A stretch of 25,578 nt of DNA, from the NCBI GenBank assembly GCA_043826435.1, contig JBDRQF010000042.1:1-25578 (forward strand). Reading direction: 5' to 3'. The position numbers and the translations under genes are program-made. Each line of letters opens with the position of its first letter. Position 1 is the first letter of the stretch. Under the pieces are notes generated by a model, which was given only the letters and a program-made list of their open reading frames with translations, was not told the origin of the DNA and did no database searches. Positions 9,653-18,118 of this stretch are shown here, piece after piece. Source of the DNA: Elusimicrobiota bacterium. GTDB lineage: Bacteria; Elusimicrobiota; Endomicrobiia; CG1-02-37-114; JAHJSO01.

Positions 9653-10903
9653 TTAACCCGCCCTCTTTTTCTTCTTATACAGGGGAGACATCTCCCTTAA
9701 TTTTGTAACGATACCCGGCAGGACATCAAGGATATAGTCAACGTCCTGCTGCGTGTTTAACATCCCTAATGAGAACCTTATGGAACTCTGTGAAGTAACG
9801 GGGTCCACCCCAATTGCAGACAGGACGTGCGACGGTTCAAGCGAACCGCTCGTGCACGCAGAACCCGTTGATGCCGCAATGCCTTTTAAATCAAGGTTCA
9901 GCAGGAGCGATTCTCCCTCAATAAATTCAAAAGAAACGTTCAGCGTGTTGGACAGGCATTTTTCCGGGTGGCCGTTTCTGCGGACGCATTCAATCTTTTT
10001 TGAGATGCCCTGCCAGATGGCGTCCCTCAATCCGGCAATTTTTTTTGTTTCGGTCGCCATATTTTTTACTGCAAGATCACACGCCTTGCCAAACCCTGCA
10101 ATGCCCGGAATGTTCTCCGTGCCAGCCCTCCTGCTTTTCTCGTGATGTCCGCCGTGGATGAGGGGGTGTATTTTCGTTCCTTTGCGGATAAACAGGGCTC
10201 CCACCCCCTTAGGCCCGTAAATTTTGTGTGAAGAGAGAGACAACAAATCAACCTTCAGTTTTTTTAAATCAAGCGATATTTTACCGGCGCACTGGACGGC
10301 GTCCGTATGGAAGTAAACGGGTTGCTGTCCTTTTGCGATGCGGGATTCATTGTGTTTTGCTATAATCCTGCCTATCTCTTCAACGGGTTGCAACGTGCCT
10401 ACCTCGTTATTACCGGACATAATTGAAACAAGGATGGTTTTATCCGTCAACGCCTCGTCAAGTTTTTGCAGGTCCACCACCCCGTATTCGTCAACCGGGA
10501 GATAAGTCACCACGGCTCCGGCGGTGTTTTCAAGATATTTGCACGGGCTCAACACTGCACTGTGTTCTATTTTGGAAGTTATTATGTGGTTTCCGGCGGA
10601 AGCCATTGCAGACGATGCGGACGCAGCAGACACGATTCCTTTTATGGCATGGTTGTCAGATTCCGTCCCGCCTGATGTGAATACGATTTCGGACGTATCG
10701 CAGTTGAGGAGTTTTGCAATACTCTCGCGCGCCAGGTCAAGAGCCCTGTGGGCTTCCTGACCGAACCTGTGAATGCTTGACGCATTGCCGAATACGTTTC
10801 TGTAATATGGCATCATCGCCTCAACGACCTCGGGATGGACCGGTGTTGTGGAATTGTAATCAACGTATATTTTTTTTACTGAGGGCATTTTCTTTTTCGC
10901 CAT
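9653..10903 (-). CDS. iscS: Cysteine desulfurase (group I, IscS/NifS)
   Basis: YVDYNSTTP, FTSGGTESDN, HTDAVQ, SSHKIYGPKG (PLP lysine) and STGSACTSG (catalytic Cys). Confidence 0.96.
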   Translation of the reverse strand: MAKKKMPSVKKIYVDYNSTTPVHPEVVEAMMPYYRNVFGNASSIHRFGQEAHRALDLARESIAKLLNCDTSEIVFTSGGTESDNHAIKGIVSAASASSAMASAGNHIITSKIEHSAVLSPCKYLENTAGAVVTYLPVDEYGVVDLQKLDEALTDKTILVSIMSGNNEVGTLQPVEEIGRIIAKHNESRIAKGQQPVYFHTDAVQCAGKISLDLKKLKVDLLSLSSHKIYGPKGVGALFIRKGTKIHPLIHGGHHEKSRRAGTENIPGIAGFGKACDLAVKNMATETKKIAGLRDAIWQGISKKIECVRRNGHPEKCLSNTLNVSFEFIEGESLLLNLDLKGIAASTGSACTSGSLEPSHVLSAIGVDPVTSQSSIRFSLGMLNTQQDVDYILDVLPGIVTKLREMSPLYKKKKRAG

Positions 10904-10908
10904 GGATG

Positions 10909-11115
10909 TTATGTCCTTTTTTGTCCCGATTGTTCCTGGACGGTAATCGCTCCCTTCGGACAGTTTGCGAGGCAGGCGTTACATACGGACCAGTCATGAG
11001 CAGCGGGGGTTTCTGCGACCACGATTCTTTTACCCTTTTTTTCAAACACGTCGGGGCACACGTCAATGCATATCCCGCACAGGTCGCATTTTTGCTCGTC
11101 AACAGTTATTTTCAT
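10909..11115 (-). CDS. 4Fe-4S dicluster-type ferredoxin (second motif has Trp in place of the first Cys)
   Basis: CDLCGICIDVCP and WSVCNACLANCP. Overlaps the DUF39 stop by 17 nt. Confidence 0.88.
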   Translation of the reverse strand: MKITVDEQKCDLCGICIDVCPDVFEKKGKRIVVAETPAAHDWSVCNACLANCPKGAITVQEQSGQKRT

Positions 11116-12313
11116 AAGGCCTTTCTTTTAATAATTTAAATTTGACGCCCGACTCGGCGCCGGGTATTTTTTCAACGGGCTGCGTAAGATAAAATTTGCC
11201 CTGTTTTATCCAGTCCTTCAGTAGGGTTGCAATTTCCGCCGCCTTTGAATAACTGGAAAGCGGGGCAGTGGGGCAGGGCCTGCCCTGGACGGTAATTTTA
11301 CCGCTGCGCAACTGCGCATAGTTCGCGCGGCCGAGGTCCCTCGGTTTTACCTGAGGGTACGATTCGCTGTAGTCAACGATGGGCGCGAATATTTCCTCAT
11401 CCCGGACAGCAGTTGCGGCAGCCATTCCCTCGTCAAGTATAGGTATGGGTATGCCGACTCCCACGGTCAGGGTTGTCCCGTAACCGAGCATGCTTGTGCC
11501 GACCAGAAACCTGCCGTTCATCTGTTTTAGATCCCCGATTAATGCCAGTGTCCCTGCAGGTGCTAACGGCACGCCGTTTTCATTTCTCCGGACGGTCGGG
11601 TTGTGCTGTGTGCCCCACCATGCGATGTATCCCGTGCCTCCGCCGAGGAAAATCCTGGTGCCGATTCCTATCGTGCGGTAGAGAGGATCGTTCATCAGAG
11701 GGGAGAGTTGTCCCGCACTGCTGTAGTTTGCATTCCCCATGTCCGGCTTTAGAACTCCCATGTAAGTGTATATTGCCTTACTACCAAGGTTTACTGCGAC
11801 ATTGTAATTCTGGTAACAATTCCTGGGATTAAACAGGACGCACTCGTTTACGTCTTTTATGTTTATGAGCGTTTTGAGTTTTTTCTTCGGATAGCAGTCG
11901 GTGCCGTAGGTGGTTGCCTCAAGCCGGACGTCCTTCCCCTCAACAAATTCCTGTATTACGTGCCCGCCGCCGTACCTGAATTCCCCCGGGTAAACCTTGT
12001 TCCCGGGGTCATCTCCCGGAAGAGCGGTGCATCCCAAATACAGGTCAACCGCTGCCCAGCCGCAGTACGCGGGGACGTCGTTTAAATAACATTCTCCGCC
12101 GCCGATTTTTATTCTTGGTGAAGTATGCCCTACGTTCATGTACATCCCGCTTGAACACATAGGACCGAAGGTGCCGGTTGTAACCACGTCCACCTTTTGT
12201 GCGGCCGCCCGGACGCCTTCCTTTTTCACTATGTCAATCATCTCCTCGGCGGTAACGACCACCACGTCTCCTTTTTTGATTTTTTCGTTGATTTGTTCAA
12301 TTGTCTTTGACAT
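11099..12313 (-). CDS. Homocysteine biosynthesis protein / L-aspartate semialdehyde sulfurtransferase (DUF39, MA1821/MJ0100-like), without CBS domains
   Basis: KTIEQINEKIKKG.VVVVTAEE, VDVVTTGTFGPMCSSG, YGGGHVI, YGTDCYP, NPRNCYQNY, GQLSPLMNDP and TIGIGTRIFLGG. Confidence 0.92.
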   Translation of the reverse strand: MSKTIEQINEKIKKGDVVVVTAEEMIDIVKKEGVRAAAQKVDVVTTGTFGPMCSSGMYMNVGHTSPRIKIGGGECYLNDVPAYCGWAAVDLYLGCTALPGDDPGNKVYPGEFRYGGGHVIQEFVEGKDVRLEATTYGTDCYPKKKLKTLINIKDVNECVLFNPRNCYQNYNVAVNLGSKAIYTYMGVLKPDMGNANYSSAGQLSPLMNDPLYRTIGIGTRIFLGGGTGYIAWWGTQHNPTVRRNENGVPLAPAGTLALIGDLKQMNGRFLVGTSMLGYGTTLTVGVGIPIPILDEGMAAATAVRDEEIFAPIVDYSESYPQVKPRDLGRANYAQLRSGKITVQGRPCPTAPLSSYSKAAEIATLLKDWIKQGKFYLTQPVEKIPGAESGVKFKLLKERPYENNC

Positions 12314-12371
12314 AAATGGTCCCCAGTCGCCTCACTGACTTGGCGCTCCGCGTGCGAATACGCGTCCTTTT

Positions 12372-13073
12372 CTATTCCCACTCTTCAGATGTATCAGAAG
12401 TTTTGTATTCTTTAAGGTTGTCGTATCTATTCAACAGCGCTTTTTCAATTTTATTCCTGTGGTGTTTCTGGGTGATTTCCACCTGTTTCAGCCATCTGCC
12501 GGACGAGTCGTCCTTGCGCGACGGCCAGGACACGAATTTGTACGGCCTGCCCGTTTTCCTGCTGACACCCTCCATTATTTTACACTCAATTTCCAGGGCG
12601 TTATTAAAAACGACCGAAGCGAAAACCTTTAACGGCGAATTCTTACCCCTGTACGGAGAGAACCTGTTTATTCTGAAATCCGTTTTACCCGATAATGCAT
12701 CCACCCTTGTCCCTTCTCCCGTTTCTATTGTTTTTGTTATTGCGTCCATGAGTTCTTCGGATAGTATCTTAACCTGCGGGTAAACGCGGCCCTTTCGTGA
12801 AATGTATGCCGGAAATTTTACCGTTGTCCTGCCGGCTTCCCGCGTGACCTGAATTTCCTTTATTCTTATTAAATTATTGAGGACGATTTCAGCCGACTGT
12901 TTATGCCCGCGGTCCGTTTTTTTTATGTCCGTGACGATAACGTTCGGCGTGTTCTGCGCGACCGCCAACGGGAGGATGGCGGGAGCGACGGGGAAACCGA
13001 GGATGCCGGAAAAAACAGGAAGGCCTGCGACGGGCACGAGAAAGGCAAGGGATAACAACAAATATTTTTTCAT
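12372..13073 (-). CDS. Putative exported protein with two tandem SpoVG-like domains
   Basis: N-terminal MKKY + hydrophobic stretch + AVA-Q. Two repeats resemble SpoVG: VTDIK..AEIVLNNLIRIKEIQV..VKFP..G..Y and LKVFASVVFNN..KIMEG..FVSWPSRK..G....RNKIEKALLNRY. Confidence 0.72.
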   Translation of the reverse strand: MKKYLLLSLAFLVPVAGLPVFSGILGFPVAPAILPLAVAQNTPNVIVTDIKKTDRGHKQSAEIVLNNLIRIKEIQVTREAGRTTVKFPAYISRKGRVYPQVKILSEELMDAITKTIETGEGTRVDALSGKTDFRINRFSPYRGKNSPLKVFASVVFNNALEIECKIMEGVSRKTGRPYKFVSWPSRKDDSSGRWLKQVEITQKHHRNKIEKALLNRYDNLKEYKTSDTSEEWE

Positions 13074-13080
13074 ATATTCT

Positions 13081-13110
13081 ATTATACCATAAAATATTTT
13101 ACATTGTCAA
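13081..13110 (-). promoter_or_regulatory. Sigma70 promoter, probably producing a leaderless mRNA for the SpoVG-like gene
   Basis: Minus strand TTGACA (13110-13105), an 18-bp spacer ending TGG, then TATAAT (13086-13081). The ATG follows 7 nt later with no Shine-Dalgarno. Confidence 0.8.
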
Positions 13111-13164
13111 TATTTTTGGCGTGAATGTTCTGTGAATGTTGCAAAGAATGGGCGAGCCCCCTGT

Positions 13165-14484
13165 TTAGCGGGTATTATCCCGAGGGCTGTCGGGTGTAGG
13201 TGACGCAGTGCCGGCCCCTGAGCCATCAGGCGCTGGCTGGCTGTCCGGCGGGGAGGTGGCGCCGGGTTGTAATGTCTGCGTTGTGGTGCCGGGTTGTAAT
13301 GTCTGCGTTGTGGTGCCGCGTATTTTGTCGGATTGCAGCAATTGATGCAGGGCGGATGGTTTATAATTCTGCGGTGTCCATTTTACCATTTCATTGATTG
13401 CTTCAAGCGTATAAAGGCACCGCGGGTCCCACAGGAGCCAGTCAAAAATTCCGTTGTCATAACATGCGAGAATCTGCGCCTTCACTTCTTCCGGGCCGTA
13501 TTTATGCCCCAGCGAAAAATCCTGCAGATAGGGCCGCAGTTTGTAGAATTTGTCCTTAAGTAAAAGGTTGGCATCGGACACACACCTGTAAACGGTTCTG
13601 TATGGTTCTTTATTCGGGTCAGGGATGTTATACTCGCCTTTTCTATAGTGCGACGGGTACATCATCGGGGAGATGTAGTCAACCACCTCCGCCATCGCCA
13701 TGAAATTCTGTCCGATGCCCATGTCGTGGTTGACCGACGGCGTTAGCCCGAAAACATCTATTGATACCGGGACTGATAGTTCCTTTTTTGAGTATTCAAG
13801 AAAGCCAACCAGTACCTGTGATGCAGCAGTGGAATTGTGGACTGCGGAATAACGGCATTGCCACGTGTCCCCGTCCGATGGGAAACGAATATAATCATAT
13901 TGTATTTCTTCAAACCCGAGTTGTATCGCGTGTTTTGCTATTTCTACATTGTATTTCCACACCTCTTTATTATATGGGTCGGACCATGATTTACCCTTGT
14001 AGTCCTTCCATATAGAACCATCAGGATTTTTCACAGCAAGTTGCGGTTTTGCATTGACAAGCGAACAGTCCTTAAAAACGGTCAGACGCGCTACGGGGTA
14101 AACGCCCCTGGATTTTAAGTCAACAAGATATTTTTCTAATTTTGGTATCGGATAAATTGTTTTTATACCGTAGTCCTGCGCAACCCGGACACCCGGCAGA
14201 TAAATCTCGCCGCCGACTTCTTTGACTACGATAACTATTGTGTTCAGTTTGTCCCGCGATAAAAGTGGTTCAAGTCGGGACCTCATTTTAGACGAGCCGG
14301 CCACCCATGCGGTCAGGTGTACCCCGCGGACGTATTCCGGTTTCCCGGCGACGGGTTTTGTGACGGGAACGGGCGGATCGTCCGTCCTGTATGAGCCGGT
14401 ATTAAGCAAAAAAATCAAAACGGCAATCAAAGGTATTACAATTGCGACTGGCAACCGTCCTTTTTTATGTCTCTTTTTCAACAT
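13165..14484 (-). CDS. Putative glycoside hydrolase (DUF4015-like TIM barrel), N-terminally membrane-anchored, with a Pro/Thr-rich tail
   Basis: VRGVHLTAW, ARLTVFKD, WSDPY..VWKYN, GFEEIQYDYIRFPSDG, SIDVFG, IGQN, ISPMMYPSHY, RPYLQDF and WLLWDP. The start is placed at ATG 14484 (MLKKRHKK + TM), overlapping the upstream stop. Confidence 0.85.
   Translation of the reverse strand: MLKKRHKKGRLPVAIVIPLIAVLIFLLNTGSYRTDDPPVPVTKPVAGKPEYVRGVHLTAWVAGSSKMRSRLEPLLSRDKLNTIVIVVKEVGGEIYLPGVRVAQDYGIKTIYPIPKLEKYLVDLKSRGVYPVARLTVFKDCSLVNAKPQLAVKNPDGSIWKDYKGKSWSDPYNKEVWKYNVEIAKHAIQLGFEEIQYDYIRFPSDGDTWQCRYSAVHNSTAASQVLVGFLEYSKKELSVPVSIDVFGLTPSVNHDMGIGQNFMAMAEVVDYISPMMYPSHYRKGEYNIPDPNKEPYRTVYRCVSDANLLLKDKFYKLRPYLQDFSLGHKYGPEEVKAQILACYDNGIFDWLLWDPRCLYTLEAINEMVKWTPQNYKPSALHQLLQSDKIRGTTTQTLQPGTTTQTLQPGATSPPDSQPAPDGSGAGTASPTPDSPRDNTR
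13261..13318. repeat. 27-bp perfect tandem repeat x2 encoding TTTQTLQPG
   Basis: gccgggttgtaatgtctgcgttgtggt at 13261-13287 and 13288-13314, followed by a partial gccg. Confidence 0.95.
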
Positions 14485-15359
14485 GTCAATTTTTTGAACC
14501 TTTCCATTATTATTTTGGTTATGCTCCCCGGGATGAAGTCCTTCCCGCGGGCATTGAAATATTTGTTCACCCCGCATACAGGTAGCACGCCCGCTATGGA
14601 ATTCGTTATGAAAATTTCGTCCGCCGTTTTCAATTTGCTGATTTTTATTTTTGTCTCATAGACGGGTATCCCGCAGTCCGACGCAATTTCAATGACCGTC
14701 CCCCTTGTGATTCCGTCCAGTATGGGGAAGCCGTATATAGACGGGGTATAAATTTTCCGATTTTCAACAAGGAAAATGTTTGATGTAGCGCATTCTGTTA
14801 CGTATATTCCGGTTGAGTCGGTGAACAGGGCGTCAAAATACCTGCCAGCAAGGGCAGTGTTTTTTTCAAGCATGTTTTCAAGGTAACTCGTGGTTTTGTG
14901 TGATGCGACGAATGAGATAGACGGCTTACGGGATTTTGTCATGCGCAGCCGGACGCCGTCCCTGCGGAGTTTTTCAGGGTCATAAGGGATGTCTCCGGCG
15001 AAGATAAAGACAGTCGGGTAACGGGCTGTTGTTTTGCGGCCGTAGCCGTCTTTGAGCACGCCGCGGGATACTGTCGCGCGGACGCAGGCGTTTTGCAAAC
15101 GGTTTTTATCAAGCAAGATGCGGACGGTTTTTTTAAAATCAACAGGAGACAGAGGCATACGGATTTTCATTTCTACCAGAGTTTTCCTCAGCCGGGCATA
15201 ATGTCCGTCAATAAACGGCAGTTTTCCGTCATAAGAACGGAGCGTTTCAAACGCCCCCTCGCCCCTGAGGAACCCCGTGTCCATAGGGGATATGGCCGCA
15301 TCTACGATTTTAAGAAATTTACCGTTTAAGAAAACGACTTTGGGGTCAGGTCTTGACAT
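14478..15359 (-). CDS. pabC: Class IV PLP aminotransferase / 4-amino-4-deoxychorismate lyase-like
   Basis: D.GFLRGEGAFETLR, HYARL, HKTTSYLEN, ECATSNIF, ILDGITR and ADEIFITNS. It directly follows pabB, so the pabC assignment rests on context. Confidence 0.75.
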   Translation of the reverse strand: MSRPDPKVVFLNGKFLKIVDAAISPMDTGFLRGEGAFETLRSYDGKLPFIDGHYARLRKTLVEMKIRMPLSPVDFKKTVRILLDKNRLQNACVRATVSRGVLKDGYGRKTTARYPTVFIFAGDIPYDPEKLRRDGVRLRMTKSRKPSISFVASHKTTSYLENMLEKNTALAGRYFDALFTDSTGIYVTECATSNIFLVENRKIYTPSIYGFPILDGITRGTVIEIASDCGIPVYETKIKISKLKTADEIFITNSIAGVLPVCGVNKYFNARGKDFIPGSITKIIMERFKKLTC

Positions 15360-16761
15360 TTGACAAATGATATTTTAATTCATCCAGAAAAGTTCTGACT
15401 TTGTGAATTGTTTCCTCGTATTCCTGCACCGGGTTTGAGTCGTACGTAATCCCGCCGCCTGAGTTAAAAACCGCCTTTTTGCCGTCAATGACGATTGTGC
15501 GGATTGCGACGTTTATGTCGCATGTGCCGTCAAACCCCATATACCCGATTGAGCCGCAGTAAACCCCGCGCCCGGTTTTTTCAAGTTCGTCTATGATTTC
15601 CATTGAACGGATTTTCGGAGCCCCCGTTATTGAGCCGCCGGGGAAACAGGCGGTAAGGCAGTCAAGCGGCGTCCGTCCGGATGCGATTTTGCCCCTTATG
15701 GTGGATACAAGGTGAAAGACAGTGGCGTATTTTTCTATTTCGTATAACCTGTCAACATGGACGGAACCGTATTCGCACACCCTGCCCAGGTCATTTCTCT
15801 CAAGGTCAACTATCATAAGGAGTTCCGCCTTGTTTTTTTCGCTTGAAAAGAGCCCGCGGGCGTTCCTCTCGTCTTGCGCCCGGTTTTTTCCCCTCGGGGC
15901 AGTGCCTTTTATGGGCCTTGTTTCCGCTACCTGCCCTTTTATTTTTAGAAATCTCTCCATTGAAAACGAAAGGATTTTTTTTCTGCCGAAGTTAAGATAG
16001 GCGCCGAAAGGCACCCTGTTTTTCCGGCGGATATTTTTGTAGAGGATGTAGGGGGGGAGATTAATCTCCGAGTAAAATCTGCGGGAGAGGTTCACCTGGT
16101 AAACGTCCCCTGCGGCGATATATTCTTTTATCCTGTTGACGGCGCGGACGTACCCGGACTTTGTGAAGTTTGAACTGATTTGAGGCATACCGTCGGAGGC
16201 CTGGCAGTATTCGCCACTTTCTTGACCGTCGGCCGCCGTTCCCTTTGTCGGCCGCAGTATCCTTTTCATAAAAAGGTCAAGCCGTTTTTTCGCCCTTTCC
16301 GATTTTTTGCGGGGTGTGGTTTCGGGCAGGCCGGTTGACAGGGCGTATAAATTCTTATGCAAATGGTCATAAAAGAAAAAGGCGTCGTAGAAACCTAATT
16401 GAATAAGGGGCCATTTCAATTCGTCATAACTTTTTGTTTTAATCTTTTCAAGGCGCAGTCCTGCGTCGTATGAAAAATACCCGGCTGCCGCGCCGGCGGG
16501 AATTTTTTCGTTAAACGGCTGATTTGCCCCCGCGTTGACGGACGGACAGGGATGCACTTTGGCGAGCGCCCGCCTTAACCGGCTGAAACAGTCGCTGCTC
16601 CGCGCCGTAAATTTATAAAAAGGGTCTGTAAAAATAAACGAGTACCTGCCGAACGAAGGGTTTTCATCACTGCTATCCAGGAAAATTGAATAGTTTTCGC
16701 CGGCGAACCCGTCAAAAATTTCCAGCGGTGTTTTTTTTGTTGAGATTTTTTCTATTAGCAT
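15346..16761 (-). CDS. pabB: Aminodeoxychorismate synthase component I
   Basis: FLDS...GRYS, GYFSYD, GDVYQVNLS, TRPIKGT, KNKAELLMIVDLERNDLGRVC and FPGGSITGAPKIRSMEII. Start placed at ATG 16761 (alternative GTG 16791). Confidence 0.9.
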   Translation of the reverse strand: MLIEKISTKKTPLEIFDGFAGENYSIFLDSSDENPSFGRYSFIFTDPFYKFTARSSDCFSRLRRALAKVHPCPSVNAGANQPFNEKIPAGAAAGYFSYDAGLRLEKIKTKSYDELKWPLIQLGFYDAFFFYDHLHKNLYALSTGLPETTPRKKSERAKKRLDLFMKRILRPTKGTAADGQESGEYCQASDGMPQISSNFTKSGYVRAVNRIKEYIAAGDVYQVNLSRRFYSEINLPPYILYKNIRRKNRVPFGAYLNFGRKKILSFSMERFLKIKGQVAETRPIKGTAPRGKNRAQDERNARGLFSSEKNKAELLMIVDLERNDLGRVCEYGSVHVDRLYEIEKYATVFHLVSTIRGKIASGRTPLDCLTACFPGGSITGAPKIRSMEIIDELEKTGRGVYCGSIGYMGFDGTCDINVAIRTIVIDGKKAVFNSGGGITYDSNPVQEYEETIHKVRTFLDELKYHLSNVKT

Positions 16762-16806
16762 ACGACTGAACCGTTGTCCTGTCACCGTCATTCCGGCCGG
16801 GGCACA

Positions 16807-18018
16807 TTATATAAAAAAAGGAGGGGTATTGCAATGCGGGTCTTCCGCCAGGTAATCGCCCGTCAGCGAATATGTCATTGCCCTGCAACCGAAACATGCC
16901 TCAACCGGACACTGCTTCGGATTGCATTTGCCTTTCAGGTTGTTTTTGTTTCTTGTGTCCTGCAAGACCTTGGAACTCTGCCAGATTTGGTGAAGAGGCT
17001 GAGACATGAGGTTGCCTACGGGGATAGGGAGTCGTCTGCACGGCAGGACTGTCCCGTCGGGGAGCACGGCCATACCGTCCCTGCCAACTATGCACTCCGC
17101 CCCAAAAAATTCCGGCATGGTATCATACCGCCGGCTCGTACGGCTCGGAGCCCGCCCGCACCCATCATCCTCGCGCCCCGCTGTCCCACGCCCTTCGTTT
17201 CCGCGACCTGTCCCAAAAACCCCCGGAGCCCGCCCGCTTGCCGCTCCCGTTTTTTTAAGTTGGACGTACAGCGCCTTATATTTTACCATTTCTTTTGGGT
17301 CGTAATCAGTCCCACCGGGGAAGCATTCGCACTCGCCGTTCGGGCCGTATCCCTGCCCGCCGTCCGGGGTGTCAAGTATTTTTCTGTAGAGAGCGTCAAG
17401 TTCTGCTCCGGTTACCACTTCGCCGGTAATTTTTTTCCCGCGTCCCAACGGTATAAATCTTTCAATAATAAAACCGTCAACGCCGGCGTCAACGCAAAAA
17501 TTATAAAGTTTTCCGGCATCCGCATAATTGCTCTTCATAAGCGTGAACATAATTACAACCGGCATTTTTTCCCGTACCAGCAGTTTTACGTTTTCAACCG
17601 TCTTTTGGAAAGTGCCTTCGCCGCGGATTGAATCGTTCACCCCGGGCGAGACGCCGTCCAAAGAGACGAATATTTTGTCAAACTTCCGGTATGCGGTTTT
17701 TATGCCGGACAGTTCAGAGATATATCTGTCTATCAGCGTGCCGTTTGTGATGATGGATATTTTTGAGACCGCATCCTGTGCGTTAAGGTATTCAATAATC
17801 TGCCGAAGTTCCCTCTTAAGCAGCGGCTCGCCGCCCGTCAACGCAACGCTGAGTTTTGAATCCCATATTCTCATTGTCTCAAGGATATTGTCGCACACCG
17901 TCCGCAGGCCGTTCTTCCAGCCGAGTTCCATTTCCGTCGTGTATTTTTCCTGGTAACAGTCAATACACCTGATGTTACAGGTATCCGTTATGTGCCACTG
18001 TACATGGAATTCTTTCAT
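16807..18018 (-). CDS. Radical SAM/SPASM domain protein (PqqE/NirJ/Ahb-like superfamily; substrate unknown)
   Basis: QWHITDTCNIRCIDC (CxxxCxxC), TGGEPLL, TNGTL, VSLDG..ND.IRG, and SPASM C..G..A..PDG.V.PC...GKC..C..C.GCRA...DPHC. Confidence 0.92.
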   Translation of the reverse strand: MKEFHVQWHITDTCNIRCIDCYQEKYTTEMELGWKNGLRTVCDNILETMRIWDSKLSVALTGGEPLLKRELRQIIEYLNAQDAVSKISIITNGTLIDRYISELSGIKTAYRKFDKIFVSLDGVSPGVNDSIRGEGTFQKTVENVKLLVREKMPVVIMFTLMKSNYADAGKLYNFCVDAGVDGFIIERFIPLGRGKKITGEVVTGAELDALYRKILDTPDGGQGYGPNGECECFPGGTDYDPKEMVKYKALYVQLKKTGAASGRAPGVFGTGRGNEGRGTAGREDDGCGRAPSRTSRRYDTMPEFFGAECIVGRDGMAVLPDGTVLPCRRLPIPVGNLMSQPLHQIWQSSKVLQDTRNKNNLKGKCNPKQCPVEACFGCRAMTYSLTGDYLAEDPHCNTPPFFI

Positions 18019-18118
18019 AAAAATTTCCTGATTTACTCGCTGCCGCCGGGTTGCCGGCCAAAAAATTTTCTGATTTACTTGCTGTCGCCGGGTTGCCGGT
18101 CAAAAAATTTCCTGATTT
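18019..18118. repeat. 42-bp tandem repeat (about 2.4 copies) spanning the helicase stop and the spacer before the radical SAM gene
   Basis: Units at 18019-18060 and 18061-18102 differ at 4 C/T positions. A partial third copy lies at 18103-18118. Confidence 0.92.

Noticed and set aside
16774..17631. 285-aa plus-strand ORF, and similar antisense ORFs such as 7423-8145
   Set aside because: These are shadows of well-supported genes on the opposite strand, with no recognisable motifs.
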